Part shown: in pieces, positions 23,125-37,094 of the stretch | Position numbering within the stretch: the stretch's first letter is position 1 | Layout of the letters: each line of letters opens with the position of its first letter | From: Octopus bimaculoides | Lineage: Eukaryota | Assembly (NCBI RefSeq): GCF_001194135.2 | Contig: NC_069003.1 | Location: 1,957,196 to 2,021,195 of the forward strand | Direction of reading: 5' to 3' | Length of the DNA: 64,000 nucleotides | Program-made: the position numbers and the translations under genes | The notes under the pieces: model-generated | The model's database searches: none | The model's input: only the letters and a program-made list of their open reading frames with translations | Told to the model about the DNA's origin: nothing

Positions 23125-23880
23125 ATGCATACGTACATAAATAATAAAATGTTCTTTCCTGACATGTACAGCTCGTTCAATAAACACCCACACGCATTCA
23201 CACACACACACACACGCACAGGTACGCACACACACACACACACACACGCACAGGCACGTACACACACACACACACACACACGTATATTGCCAAATAACAT
23301 CGTACATCTACTTTTCATTCACCCCACCACCCTCTTTCTTCACTCTTCCATCTTCTCTCTCATTGTGTAAAACAAAATTAGAATCATGGCGGACTTATTT
23401 TCTCAGAGACTCCAAGAAACGGATGATATATGTCAGATACTACTAAGTACAAATCTTATTTGAAAATCCATTCTTTATCAAAGAATGCCGGTTTAGACTA
23501 ACAACTGGTTTGAACATGCTAATATATATTTTATCGAAAAAACATAAATATGACGAGGAATCCCTATGTATCATTGTTTTCTCTTTGATGTCTTTCAACT
23601 CTTTGTTCTTTCTCTATTTCATATATTCTTGAATTGTGCTTTTTTTTGTTTCTTTGTTTTATATATATTGGTTCTGTTGATATATGTATATATATATATG
23701 GATTTCGGTTTTTCTGCTATATATATTAGCTCTTTCTTCTTCTTCTTCTTCTTCTTCTTCTTCTTCTTCTTCTTCTTCTTCTTCTTCTCTCATTCTTCAC
23801 TACCTCACTTTGCCTGTTCTCTTCTTTCTCTTTATCTTTATATATTTTTTCATCCTGCTCTCGGTTTTTTTCTCCTTCAG

Positions 23881-23912
<32 letters not shown>

Positions 23913-24417
23913 CCATCATCTTCGACATCGCTGGCGCATCGTGATAACAATCGAACTATGCACGTAATAAAAATCGTCCAATATCATTATCCGCTGATCA
24001 AATCCCACACATGCACCAGACACCAAAACCTAAATTATACCCATGTCTATTGAAGTCCAACAGATACGAAAGGAACGCACGAGCTAAACGGATCGTTGGC
24101 AGTCTTCAGTTTGTCTGCTGAGAATCTGCGCGAAAACAGTGTCTAACAAGGACAATAATGATTGGGTTGCAAAGGCATCATACGTTAATATTAACATCAA
24201 CAACATCCTCATTATCCACATTGTCGTCATCTTCATCGTCGTCGTCGTCTTCTTCACTAGCACCGTCAACATCATCATCCTCAAAGCATATAAGAATACA
24301 ATTATTCATGAGACAACTCTTATATCTATTCTCTTGTCGCCTTCCCCCTCTTCTTCTTCTTCTTCTTCTTCTTCTTCTTCTTCTTCTTCTTCTTCTTCTT
24401 CTTCTTCTTTATTATTA

Positions 24418-24460
<43 letters not shown>

Positions 24461-24464
24461 CGCC

Positions 24465-24575
24465 CGTCGTTACGTTTTGGGTTCAAATTCAGTCAAAGTC
24501 GACTTTGCCTTTCGTCATTGCAGGGTCGATAAATTAAGTACTAATACTTCCAAGTGCACCAGTTACTATTGGTAT
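24465..24575 (+). mobile_element. SINE family A central fragment following compound (CTT)n(ATT)n microsatellite
   Basis: TTACGTTTTGGGTTCAAATTCAGTCAAAGTCGACTTTGCCTTTCGTCATTGCAGGGTCGATAAATTAAGTAC. Confidence 0.75.
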
Positions 24576-24576
24576 C

Positions 24577-24625
<49 letters not shown>

Positions 24626-25375
24626 TGCGTGTGTGTGTGTAAAAAAAACTATTACATCGTAACGTTTGTTTTCTCTTCGTACACTGCAAGATTATTTACT
24701 ATAGTTGGCATGCGGCCAAGAAAGTGCGATTCTCAGAAACCACTGTGGAATAAACGAACATTGTCTGGCTTCCTGTAGGTTGAACTTGGAAAGAAAAAAG
24801 CTATCCCCACCGCCACAAAGATGACAAACTAATTATAAAAGATAATGGAAAACTCACCATTACACTCCAAACAAAAAATATAGCGAATAACAGGACAGAA
24901 ACAGTGAATCAATAAATAAATATTGGGTATACACAAGGAAAGGAGATAAAATTAAACTTCACCCTTGTATAAAGTTAGAAATGGAGAAGCAAATCTCGAA
25001 TAACATGGTACTTTTGTGAATTGTTGACGCTAATCAACAATGTGATCAAGCGAAATCCGGTCATGACCACACCGACTCTCACTTGAACAGATTTGTATGA
25101 TGAGGCAAATATTATACATTTTGTTGATCTCCAACTGAAAACCACCGTGAATCTGCAATTTGATAGACGTTTGTGGCTGTATTTGTCGATACAATACTCA
25201 ACAAACAGGGTTGCATACTGTACCTGGCAACTATGCGATTCGGATATTCTGCAACTGCGATCTTCAGGCTTGAACTGTTACAGCGCGGACTCAAAGTCTA
25301 ATTACACCGGTCGGTATCAACGTTGTATTGACAGTCTTCCTTTAATCCTTTATCTTTCATGCCTATAGAGTCTCT

Positions 25376-25586
25376 GCGAGCTGGCAGAAACGTTAGCACG
25401 CCAGGCGAAATGCTTAGTGGTATTATGCTGTCTTTACGTTCTGAGTTCAAATGCTTCCGTGGTCGACTTTGCCTTTCATCATTTTGAGGTCAATAAATTA
25501 AGTACCGGTTGCGTACTGGGGCGATCTAATCGACTGGCCCCCTTCCTCAAATTTTCGGGTCTTATGCCTAGAGTAGAAAAGAATAT
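25376..25586 (+). mobile_element. SINE family A, full length (about 210 bp)
   Basis: GCGAGCTGGCAGAAACGTTAGCACGCCAGGCGAAATGCTTAG...GTTCTGAGTTCAAAT...TGCCTAGAGTAGAAAAGAAT. Best-preserved copy in the window. Confidence 0.92.
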
Positions 25587-26170
25587 CTTTGATGCCTGCG
25601 GCTTCTGTTTAATTTCTTTTGTTTTAATTTCTCATAACTTTCAGTGAAGATCGATTTTTTGTGCTATGATTTTATTTGAGTGGCGTCAGTGGTGGTAGTG
25701 GTGGTGGTGGTGGTGATGGTGGCTGGATGTCTAGCTACAAAATTCAGTTTTTCTCTTCCTTTTTATGTAATCATAAATTTGTAGTGTAGCATGTTTTACT
25801 TGTAAATATTGATATTACAGCGGAATGGTTTCGTTGATATGAATTTTGTTCTCTCAAAGGTTAAAAGCTTTGAAACAATTCTTATTTTGCCGCTTTTTCT
25901 TTTTTAACTTTTATGAAAACTTTTATGAGCAAGTATATGCATGATTTTTAATTTGCATTTAATTATTATTCATGTTTATTGATCTATGTACTCTGATTTT
26001 TCATTGTTTAACTAATTAAAAGCGATTATTGAAGGATGTCATTATTGAATACTTAAGTATAAGAGTAATCATATTTTTTATAGTCACAATACAGGCTCAA
26101 GACATATCTCAATATTTATAATCCTTTAGGTATTGCCTCCCTGTTTTCACATATTATTTTCTATATTTAT

Positions 26171-26530
26171 AGGTCTGGCCGTATGATAGCAAGCTTGCTT
26201 TCCAAACACCTGGTCCCGTACTTCAGTGCTACTGCGTAGCGCCTTGGGCTAGAAATTTCTAGTATGGCCTCGGGTCTACGAAGGCTTCGTGAGTGAATTT
26301 GATCGACGGAATCTGTGACTGTTTATATGTATCTATGTATGTATGTATGTATGTATGTATGTGTGTGCGTGTGTGTGTGTGTGTGTATCTTTGTATCTGT
26401 GTTTGTACACCACTTCTGCCTGAAATCCAGTGTTGGTATGTTTACGTCTCCGTAATTTTACAGATTACCAAAATAGACGATATTATAAGTATCAGGCTTT
26501 AAAAATGCAAGTTCTTCTGTGGTCGATACA
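26171..26530 (+). mobile_element. SINE family B, degraded, with internal (TATG)n(TG)n
   Basis: Head AGGTCTGGCCGTATGATAGCAAGCTTGCTTTCC, microsatellite at 26330-26400, tail GTTTACGTCTCCGTAA. Confidence 0.75.
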
Positions 26531-27280
26531 TTAAATTAAAACACACACACACAAATACACACATACACGCACACATATATATACATATATATATTTATGT
26601 TTATCTTACTACCTATCTATCTATCTATCTATCTATCCATCTAGCTCTTTTGTCTCTGTCAGTCTATCTATTTCTCTGCGTGTGTATATATGTGTGTATG
26701 TGTGAGTGTGTGAATGTCGGAAAGTATATATAGGAGTATGTACATGTACGTATGGTACAATTGATCCTTCCAATAACTGCAATCGCCGAAAGCGTGGTGG
26801 CCATAAGACCACCACGCTTGTCACGCCTGCCACATATAAAGAACACTTCAAAGACATTAAAGTAGAAGAGGGATTCACTTTTTCCTCATACATGGATTGG
26901 TCGTTAATAAAAGTGAGAAGACTTTTCCTTTGAACTTACAGCTTGTTTATGCATTTCGTGTATATGACAACAAAGTCAAACGTGTATATTGCGCCTGATC
27001 ATAGCCAAGAACAGTATTTTTTTTATATATATGTACAGTAAAAGATTCCACTTTCTGATTGATCTTTCAATTGTAGATGGTACATTGAATCCGGTGCTCA
27101 ATTTAACATCTCTATCCTAGTTCTTGGATGTTTTTACTGGAATCCGCTGCTTTGTAAGTATGTTGGCTAGCTCTCAGTTTTAGAATAACTTCATTTTTAC
27201 TTTTCGTTGGTGTAGTGCGCCCTCAAGTTTACTTACTCCATCCTGACAAATAATACAAACATACTCAAACACTGAAATCT

Positions 27281-27328
<48 letters not shown>

Positions 27329-27652
27329 ATATTAATGCCGTGCAATGGGAGTTCATAATCAGACAGCCATACATTCACCTGTTAACAAAATTACACTAAT
27401 ATAATATTGTTACGCTGAGTTATTTAAATTCATGTATATTTAAGCAGATAATACAAAAGCAGCGTACAAAATATGACGTGGAGTCTGCACCTGAGTAATA
27501 TATTTCGAAATATCATCTTCAATATTCACAGTATAATCATATATAGGATATATTCATCGTGTTTAAACGGAAATTCTATTTACATACTAAATGTACTTTT
27601 TGCAATTTAAATTAATCGTTTCTGGTAGGTTTCATACAAATGTAGGCCAATT

Positions 27653-27687
<35 letters not shown>

Positions 27688-28211
27688 NNNNNNNNNNACT
27701 AACAAAACCTAGCGTTCCTATTATTTTTTGTATGAATATGAATTGATATGTATGTATGTGTGTATCTATGTATGTATGTATGTACGTTTCTTTGTATGCA
27801 TGTATGTACGTGTGTATGTATGTATTTGCTATTCTTATTGCTCTTCCACCAATTATTTTCTCCCCTCCTTTTTTCTCGTCTTTCAATTCTTAATATTTTC
27901 TCTCCTTCACCAATATATGCATCAACCATAATGAAATATTAAAATATACCGACGACACTTAATTATTATTCCAAATAAAGATACTTGTTTTACATCACTT
28001 ATTTTTGTTCTTGTTTGTTTTTATTGTAGCGTTATTATTTATTATTTTTATTTTTTTGGTGCCAGTTTATTTGATGTTTTTTGCTTCTTGATGTTTACAT
28101 CTCAACTGTTGTTTTTTGTGTTGATTTTTTTCGTTGACGCCATTTTAATTATTTTTGCCGTACTGTGTTCATAATCACTTGCCTTAGTGTTATTGTCTTT
28201 TCTTGCTACAG

Positions 28212-28212
<1 letters not shown>

Positions 28213-28258
<46 letters not shown>

Positions 28259-28537
28259 GAAAGACTGTCGGATAGTTCTTAATTACCGGTTATTATTTAC
28301 TTGAAAGCAGACAATAGAAAATCACCAAAGGTTTCAAGTAGTGCCTTCTTCTCCTCTGACTCAAAGAGACAATACTCTCCATAGAATGCGATCTGTACCC
28401 AACAATGCTGTCTTCTGGATCACTTCGAGCCGGACAGCAGCTCCAGTATGCTTAATATGTTTTTCAAAGCCCTTAAAACTGCTCCTAATTCTCCAATTAC
28501 CACCGATATCACCACTACTTGCCTCATGCCCCATAAC

Positions 28538-28538
<1 letters not shown>
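28213..28538 (-). mobile_element. 5'-truncated R4/Dong-like LINE 3' end with 3'UTR and (TAA)n tail
   Basis: Reads LWGMRQVVVISVVIGELGAV, then after a frameshift KGFEKHIKHTGAAVRLEVIQKTALLGTDRILWRVLSL* (stop at 28361-28363). A ~100-nt 3'UTR is followed by (TAA)~15 at 28213-28258. The 5' end abuts (CTA)n. Confidence 0.9.
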
Positions 28539-28582
<44 letters not shown>

Positions 28583-29146
28583 CAGTAGTAGTAGTAGCAG
28601 CAGCAGCAGCGGTACAGTAGCAATAGTAGTAATAGTAGTAGTCATGGTGGTGTTGGCAACAGTAGTAGTAGTAGTAGTAGTAGTAGTAGCGGTGGTGTTG
28701 TTGATGTTGTCACTGATGCCTAGTTTCTTGATTTGGCAGAGGCTTCGTCGATATGCGAGAACCTGGATAAGAAGCGTGTTGCACTCCACAATTCACAAAC
28801 ATCGTCGTTGTGGTCATCATCATCATCATCGTTGTCATCGTCACCATCTTCATCATCGTCATCGCCGTCATCATCAGCAACCACAAAAAAAAACATAATC
28901 ATCATCATTATCATCATCTTGAAGAACTGTAGCAGCATTTCCAGCAACAACAACAACAACAACAACAGCAGCAGCAGCGGCATCACCTACAAAGTCAACA
29001 ATCTAGTGATCCCCTACCAATTTGATGCCTTTTCGATCGGCATTCTGATCAATCTCCTTGTAATTATATCCGTTTTCAAAAGCAACACCATAATAGTAAT
29101 TTATAATAATAATATTAATACTAATAGTAAAACATTAATTGTAGTA

Positions 29147-29196
<50 letters not shown>

Positions 29197-29868
29197 GATG
29201 ATGATGATGATGATGATTATAATAATAATAGTTATAAAAATAATAAAACAGAGCTAACAAGACCGAGCGCTCTGGGAAGGAAAACAATAATAATAACGAC
29301 AACGAAGTTGTTGTTGTTGTTGTGGTGGTGGTGTTGACGACGATGATGATGATGAGGTCGGTGATGATGATAATTATGATACATATGATGATGATGATGA
29401 TGAAGGCGGTGAAGATGACGATGATCTACGCAATCATGACAACAAAAATATATTCGACTGCAGACGCACACACTAACAGACCAATCTTTGCGCTAGAAAG
29501 ATCGCAGAAGCACAAAAGCAAAGACATAAACGATGAAAGAACAGTAAAAAAAACACAAAAAAAAAACAAGAGTAACAACGACAATAAAAAACATGAAATA
29601 TTATCACTAATAGCACGATGCAAGTATTTCTAGAAAACCAAAAACAATAAAAGAAAAGAAAATAAACATACAAACTGCAAGAACAGTTACTAGAACCATA
29701 TCAACCTTGTATTTCATTTTTCTGTACCATTGAACATGGAGTTTAAAATTCATTATGCAATATGAATTTATGAAACACGTTTTTGATTATAAAGAGATGA
29801 TTCTTTACAATAACAAGCAAAATACTACAAAACAGACAAAGGGACGAGCAGACATACAGAGTCGGGGA

Positions 29869-29918
<50 letters not shown>

Positions 29919-30513
29919 TAGAGTCTAGAGGAAAATGCGTGGGCGAGAGGGGATATAAGGAATGCGGAGGGGATAAAAAAACGATCAAGTTAAATTGATA
30001 TAGCATGATAACATTTGGTAGAAGTATACACAGTCACCTACAGATAAGTGAAATATACACATGGATATATGTGTGTGTGTGTATTCGTTTTTGCATATNN
30101 NNNNNNNNNNNNNNNNNNNNNNNNNNNNNNNNNNNNNNNNNNNNNNNNNNNNNNNNNNNNNNNNNNNNNNNNNNNNNNNNNNNNNNNNNNNNNNNNNNNN
30201 NNNNNNNNNNNNNNNNNNNNNNNNNNNNNNNNNNNNNNNNNNNNNNNNNNNNNNNNNNNNNNNNNNNNNNNNNNNNNNNNNNNNNNNNNNNNNNNNNNNN
30301 NNNNNNNNNNNNNNNNNNNNNNNNNNNNNNNNNNNNNNNNNNNNNNNNNNNNNNNNNNNNNNNNNNNNNNNNNNNNNNNNNNNNNNNNNNNNNNNNNNNN
30401 NNNNNNNNNNNNNNNNNNNNNNNNNNNNNNNNNNNNNNNNNNNNNNNNNNNNNNNNNNNNNNNNNNNNNNNNNNNNNNNNNNNNNNNNNNNNNNNNNNNN
30501 NNNNNNNNNNNNN

Positions 30514-30557
<44 letters not shown>

Positions 30558-31335
30558 TAGACTCTATTATATAGTGAAGTAGAAAGTGAAAAACAAGCTG
30601 GAAGAAGAGAAATAAATGACGCAAAATATTGATTTATAGGTTGTTGCATGCTTCAGTGATTTTACAGTCGATTATATCAATCCCTGTTACTTGTTTTGCT
30701 GTATATTTTTATCAAGCTCAAAGGGACGAACGATTAAGCCACACGAAAGCTCGTAACTAAATAGCGAATGTCGTACGAGTCTCCGCTCTACTGACTTCGT
30801 CATCCATTGACCTTTGAAGTCAAAAAAACCTATATTGATTTCTAACATATGTGTAAGGCCAGAAATCCTTTTGATCAAGGGTTAGATATAATCGATTATA
30901 TTGACCTCATAGGGGGATTTCAGCGAAAACTGCGATAAATTCTATTGCCGAAAGGAGTGACGATTTAAAATTTGCCAAGCTTTGCAATCGTCTGACGACG
31001 CGCTTTAAGAACGTCTGGTGTTGTTGCTTTGGGTTAGCTGTTAAACGATCATCGTTTCTCTACGAAAGCACGATTTTCGTCAGTATTTACTGATATTTTC
31101 CTTAGATGTTTTTATTTTTTTAATCTTTATATAAGGTACTATGTTAATCGTATGACATTGCTGCTGCGATGTCCAATGAATGTAACGGGCATGAAAAGGC
31201 ACAAATCGTTGTTATTTATTCAATACATGGTAGCAAATACTCGATTTTAACTACTGTTTGATTTGAAGTCAGAACTGGAGTGAGAGAATACTCAATATTG
31301 CACACGTTTATATCTAGATATTATTTTTGTGTTAC

Positions 31336-31505
31336 TTGTTTCAGTCATGTGACTGTGACTGTGCTGGGTCACCTCCTCGAAGCGTTTTAGCCGAACAAAT
31401 CGAGACAAGAGCTTATGAAGTCTACAATTTATTATATATGCTGCGGGTTTCTTGCAATTTCCATCGACTAAATCCACTCACAAGGCTTTAGTCGGCTCGA
31501 GGCTG
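31336..31505 (-). mobile_element. SINE family B fragments
   Basis: CTTGTTTCAGTCATGTGACTG and AAATCCACTCACAAGGCTTTAGTCGGCTCGAGGCT are reverse complements of the family B tail and head. Confidence 0.7.
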
Positions 31506-32611
31506 CAGGTAAGGTCGTATTTTGTCTTCGCTTCCTTAAGCCTCCAGATAAAGTCAGGCAGTGCTGTCACATACCGTTTAAGGATGTTTTGAAAGATAGA
31601 AAGTAGACTCGATACAAAAAATCTAGAGTGCGACATTTTTTATTGATTGCACCTGAAGACACCCAGAACGACGGATCGAAATATATGTTGCACTTGATAA
31701 AAGTCGAATGCACATTCCATCTCTTATTTTATTAATACTATATATCCTTCGCAATGTATTTTTACATTCCTCTTTTATTATTTAATTTTTCATTCATATC
31801 CAGTTTTTCGGCAGGTAACAAACTGCATTAGAAACTTTGAAACAATGTTTCCAGAATGACCAGCAACAGAGATCCTAAAAACCAACTAAAATAATAAAAG
31901 CAGGCACTAAAAAGAAGAAATCCGAAAAATAAGCCCATTCAAGTAATCCTAAATATCGAAAAGTAAAAAGAAATGAAGAATAACTAGAAACTAATGAAAT
32001 ATAAAATGAAATTCTTACAAACTAAAACTACACATGGAAGAGAAAAATATTCCATAAAAATGTGAAGAATTTTAATATGCTTATAGCATTATCGGAACAA
32101 ATCGAAAAAAATCTACAGCAATGTTCTCCAAAATATACAATTATAAAGAAATATTGTATTAAAAATAACATATTATGTAAAATATTGAATGTTTATAATT
32201 GGCTGGTTTGATATATAAATTATAAGGTTGAAGAAATTATTGCTGTTACAAATATTAGGCTGATGTTTGTTATAACGTGACAGATATATGAGAAATGTGG
32301 TTTACGTGCGTCATGTATAATATTGACGCAAATATAAAAAAAAATGACAACCACTCTATGTGTGTCTGTGTGCTTGTGCGTGAGTGTGTGTGTGAGTGTA
32401 TGTATGTATGTGTGCATGTACGTATGTGTGTATGTATGTATAAGGGCACAAAGTTAACGGATAATAATAGATTTTATATATGTTTCGTATAGGTTTGGAG
32501 AATCGTATTCCCCCAAAAGTATTAATCACATTTATTAATCGGTCCAATAGTCCAAGAATTGATTAAAGTAGAGAGGGAATTCGCAGCATTTATATTCTTC
32601 ANNNNNNNNNN

Positions 32612-32645
<34 letters not shown>

Positions 32646-32840
32646 TTGTACGTCTGTGTTTGTCCTCCCACCACCGCTTGACAACCGATGCTGGTGTGTT
32701 TACGACCCCGTAACATGGCGGTTAGGCAAAAGAGACCGATAGAATAAGTACTAGGCTTACAAAGAAGAAGTCGTGGTGTCGATTTACTCGGCAAAAAGCG
32801 GTGCTGCAGCATGGCTGCAGTCAAATGACTGAAACAAAAA
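32612..32840 (+). mobile_element. SINE family B 3' half, well preserved
   Basis: CGCTTGACAACCGATGCTGGTGTGTTTACGACCCCGTAAC...GCAGCATGGCTGCAGTCAAATGACTGAAAC. Confidence 0.9.
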
Positions 32841-33569
32841 ATAATTGTGTGTATATATACATATATGTGTGTGTATGTATGTGTGTGTGTTTTTGTGTGT
32901 GTGTCTGTGTGTGTGAGTGTATGTAGATTGATAGCTTTTAGGCGTGTATGTATTGACTGCTTCCGTTACTGACAATAAAAGTTTTAGGCTTAATTGCACA
33001 CCACGCATGAAATAATTAACAAAACGTTAATTTAGAGATAAAACAGACAATGTTCTCACAGACTATCGTGGGGTTAACGTAACAATATTATCTCCCCAAT
33101 TCCTTTATCCAATTGTTGCGACAAACAGGACAGTTGTAATTGCCGAATACTACCTTGCAATTAGAAGGCCGGATTGATTAAGCACCTTTTGCACAATATC
33201 TTAATAGCAATCTCTGAGAAGGAACGAAGTACATAAATTTCAGATGTTGCTAATCAATTTGTTGAGGTGAAACTTCAACCAGGGAACTATGCTCGACGCA
33301 ATAAATGTTTGTCCCTTTCACAACTATGGGAATTCAACCATATTTCAGTATTTCAGTTTTGTATGTGTATATGTGAGTGTGTGTGCAGGTATATGCGTGT
33401 ATGCGTGTGTTTGTTTGAGTGTGCATGTGTGTTTGTTTGTGTGTGCATGTATTTTTGTGTGCGTCTGTGTGTATGTTCAAAATGTGTACACTTTTTTATT
33501 GTCATTGTCATGTTTTTTTAGTTTTATTTTCACTATTCTATTAACACGCAGGGATGCACAAGAGTAGTA

Positions 33570-33583
33570 GTAGCAGCAGTGGC

Positions 33584-33620
<37 letters not shown>

Positions 33621-33651
33621 GTAGTAGTAGTAGTAGTATTATTATTATTAT

Positions 33652-33720
<69 letters not shown>

Positions 33721-33740
33721 CAGCAGCAGTAGTATTAATA
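33570..33740. repeat. Compound trinucleotide microsatellite (TAT)n/(TAG)n
   Basis: Read directly from sequence. Similar compound tracts at 23730-23915, 24350-24460, 28535-28690, 35420-35720 and 45835-45987. Confidence 0.95.
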
Positions 33741-35596
33741 GAAGTAAGATGTGGGGATAATGGGAGGAGGAAGGCAAAGAAGAAGAAAAAAGTAAAGAAA
33801 GACAAGGAAACAAGGACAAGAACATGTCAGCTAACACTCGTATATTACAAATACAATATGTAAGTGGAACAGTAAATATATGCAAGACTTTTCTCAGGTT
33901 TAAAATTTGATTTCTTTTGTCTACATCCCAATGAGTACCTCTTTTAAAAACCATCTCTTTTTTCAGAGGTAGACGTGATACAATTAAAAAAAGGAGTGTA
34001 TACGTACATACTAATATCTGTAGCCATAAAATGTAAACCGATGTGGATGACATACTGGTGTCAATCGCCAAATGAGATCCTGAGACATAAGTCAAGTTAT
34101 TTGACATTAGAAGACGGAAGCAAGACAAGCAACCAGACATTGCAGCCGATATTTAAAAAATGGTATTGAAGAGAAAATTGTTTTGATAAAAAGAATTAAG
34201 TTCACGATGTCTGCAAAGAAAATGTCTGCATGGCCATAGGTGGAAAGCTTTCACAATAATTTCAATATTCATTTTAGGTTTTTATCTTTTTTTCTTTTTA
34301 TTTTTTTGCATGCCTCAACTCATCGGTTATAGTAATCTATGTTGTGTAGCGTGGTTTGATTCCGTATCATGCAGAACTGCGGGCAAAAGCGAGGATAGCT
34401 GTGTCCATTTCAATGAAATTTATATGAGGATATAGCATTATCAAATATGTGTAAAAGAGCGAACTGAAAAAATCTTTATCACGCCGCTAAAATTGTTAAC
34501 TTCAATCTTTACGTTCTGACTTCAAATTCTGCAAAGGTTAACTTTCCCTTTCAGACTTTTGAGTCAATAAATTGAGAACTAGTAACGCACTTCCACTGCT
34601 GTTGATGTTATCCACATACTAGTCCAGCTTATGTTGCCTCTATACGTCTCGATGTTTAAAAAATCTTACCTGGTGGAAATTTTACCTGACGATAATGGAT
34701 TGTGTATTCTGTTGTATTCTTATATAAGTGCATTAAGTAAATAAAATCCTACAACTGTTGCGAATTTTAAACACCCTTTGTATTCCTTGAGGTAAAAGAA
34801 CGATATGTATGTATTTATGTATATACAGATGAACGTACATGGATCGTTCAATGTTTATCTATTGACTGTTTCAATTATTAAAATACGGCCATGATGGAGA
34901 ACCACTTTAAGGAACTTTTATTCGAACGATTCGACTGCGGTATGTATTTGTTTAAGTCGAGTGGTTATGTATGTATGTATGTATGTATGCATGCATGCAT
35001 GCATGCATGTATGTATGTATGTATGTATATATGTTTGATTAGAAAAACCTAGAAACATACGTACACAAATTTTCATGTCGGTCCATAACTGAAAGCCAGA
35101 GATTTCTTCCGTATCGATCCTGTGAGGATATCTTATTTAATATGGCAGTCCTCATAATTTGGAAGCTGTCTAAATGTTCAAGTGAAAGCGACACCACTAA
35201 TGATGTTAATCGTAACGTTATTGATAATAATTCAAATGACACAGGTGATGGAAATAATGATGGTTCACTTCCATTATTTTTGCTGCTGGGTACTCAACTC
35301 ATCCCCATCTTTATCATCATCAGCATTAATCCTAATCATCTTAATCATAACTTAACGCATGATAATCCATATTTTGTCTGTGACCAGCAGTGACGCGAGA
35401 TGGTTGAGGAAATGAAGATGACGATGACGACGACGACGATGATGATGATGATGATGAAGCTCGTCAGGATGTTGTCGTTGATGATTATGATGATGATTCA
35501 ATGATGACGATGATGATGATGCTGATGATGCTGAGATGAGGAGTATGCTGCTGTCGTTGACGTTGTTATTGGCGATGGTTATAATGATAGTGCTGG

Positions 35597-35673
<77 letters not shown>

Positions 35674-36051
35674 TTGATGATTGCAGTAGTGTTGGTGGTG
35701 TTGGTGGTGGAGGTGATAGCAATCGTGACTGTGTTGCTGAAAAAAACGAAAGATGCCGAAAGAAGAGCGTAAACCACGTGAGTGTATCAAAAACAAAAGC
35801 AATAAAAAAACAAAAAAAAACAAATACAAAAACTAAATGATCGACAAAAAAATAAAAGAAATCACCAACTTAATGAACAAGACATTCATCAATTATCCGG
35901 AATATTTTTTATGTCTTGTCAATATATTTTAATAATTTATAATGATTTATGAATTAATTGGTGAACGACATAAACTGTTGAGAAGAAACCAGCGTTGAAG
36001 TGAAGAAAAAAATGTGAAAAATTATGAAATTGTGTTGTCAAAAAACCTTAG

Positions 36052-36102
36052 GCTTGGCTGTGTGGTAAGAAGCTTGCTTCTGAGCAACATATTTTCGAGT
36101 TC
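36052..36102 (+). mobile_element. SINE family B head running into an assembly gap
   Basis: GGCTTGGCTGTGTGGTAAGAAGCTTGCTTCTGAGCAACATATTTTCGAGTTC followed by Ns. Confidence 0.8.
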
Positions 36103-36320
36103 NNNNNNNNNNNNNNNNNNNNNNNNNNNNNNNNNNNNNNNNNNNNNNNNNNNNNNNNNNNNNNNNNNNNNNNNNNNNNNNNNNNNNNNNNNNNNNNNNN
36201 NNNNNNNNNNNNNNNNNNNNNNNNNNNNNNNNNNNNNNNNNNNNNNNNNNNNNNNNNNNNNNNNNNNNNNNNNNNNNNNNNNNNNNNNNNNNNNNNNNNN
36301 NNNNNNNNNNNNNNNNNATA

Positions 36321-36365
<45 letters not shown>

Positions 36366-36591
36366 ATATATATATATAAAGTGTATAGCCTCCACATGTA
36401 TATGATTATATATGATAATAAAAGTATATGATCATAGATATGACCACATATGATCATAAAAAATAATTTGACTTATAACTTTATATTCTACAAAATAAAT
36501 TTAGCAGTTGATCGAGAGTTTAGTAAAAAAAACATTTGTTCAAATAGCATTTAATAACAAAACAGTTCATTTTGTATGATGAACGAAAATA

Positions 36592-36740
36592 TCAATGAGA
36601 AACTTGACACTTTCGTGTCATCAAGAAGCATTTCAATGTCTGCCGGAGTATCTGTTAAGGCCAGAAGGAGTTCATCTTCGAGGTGAGCATCACTCAAAGA
36701 ATTTCTTTTGTTCGATTTTACCAATTGCATATGTATAAGT
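36592..36740 (-). mobile_element. hAT (Charlie/Buster/SPIN-like) transposase C-terminal remnant
   Basis: Reads MQLVKSNKRNSLSDAHLEDELLLALTDTPADIEMLLDDTK, then with a frameshift CQVSH*. This matches the M..xKSxxRxxLxDxHL...PDI..L...QxSH* terminus of this group. Confidence 0.75.
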
Positions 36741-37094
36741 AGTAAGATTTCAAAAATAAGTAGGCACTAGATTCCATCCATTCTACTCCATGGCTGCAGT
36801 CCAATGAGTGAAATATGTAAAGATAAAATAAAAGATGAAAAAATTACGTGTATGATTATAGTTTATTGATTCAATATAAGAGGAAGTGGATAAGTGGATT
36901 GTTGTCGACCCTTCCGTACGGTCCCCAAGTTGCTGGGAGAAATAAAAGCGAATATGTGAAGGAATTAGTTACGACAGAGGAGAGTTTGCTAAAGTCAACA
37001 AAGATTGAGGTGTTCTTGTTAAAAGCAGGCACCTGATGATGTCAGTCACCTAAAGTCATAAATACAATCTGTAATTGGAACCATTTCTGAAGTG

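Noticed and set aside
25093-25368. 91-aa ORF with faint CR1/L2-like wording (LYLSIQ...AYC; SATAIFRLELLQR in another frame)
   Set aside because: Similarity is too weak to call by eye; it needs an HMM search.
27077-27153. 77-nt plus-strand candidate exon (WYIESGAQFNISILVLGCFYWNPLL, donor GTAAGT)
   Set aside because: Modest acceptor, no homology, and no phase-compatible partner identified.
30687-30878. RPFELDKN as a mariner WVPHEL motif
   Set aside because: No other mariner motifs nearby; likely chance.
34641-34782. Possible 140-bp Tc1/mariner mini-element (shared TGTTTAAAA in inverted orientation, TA flanks)
   Set aside because: The inverted match is only about 10 AT-rich bases.
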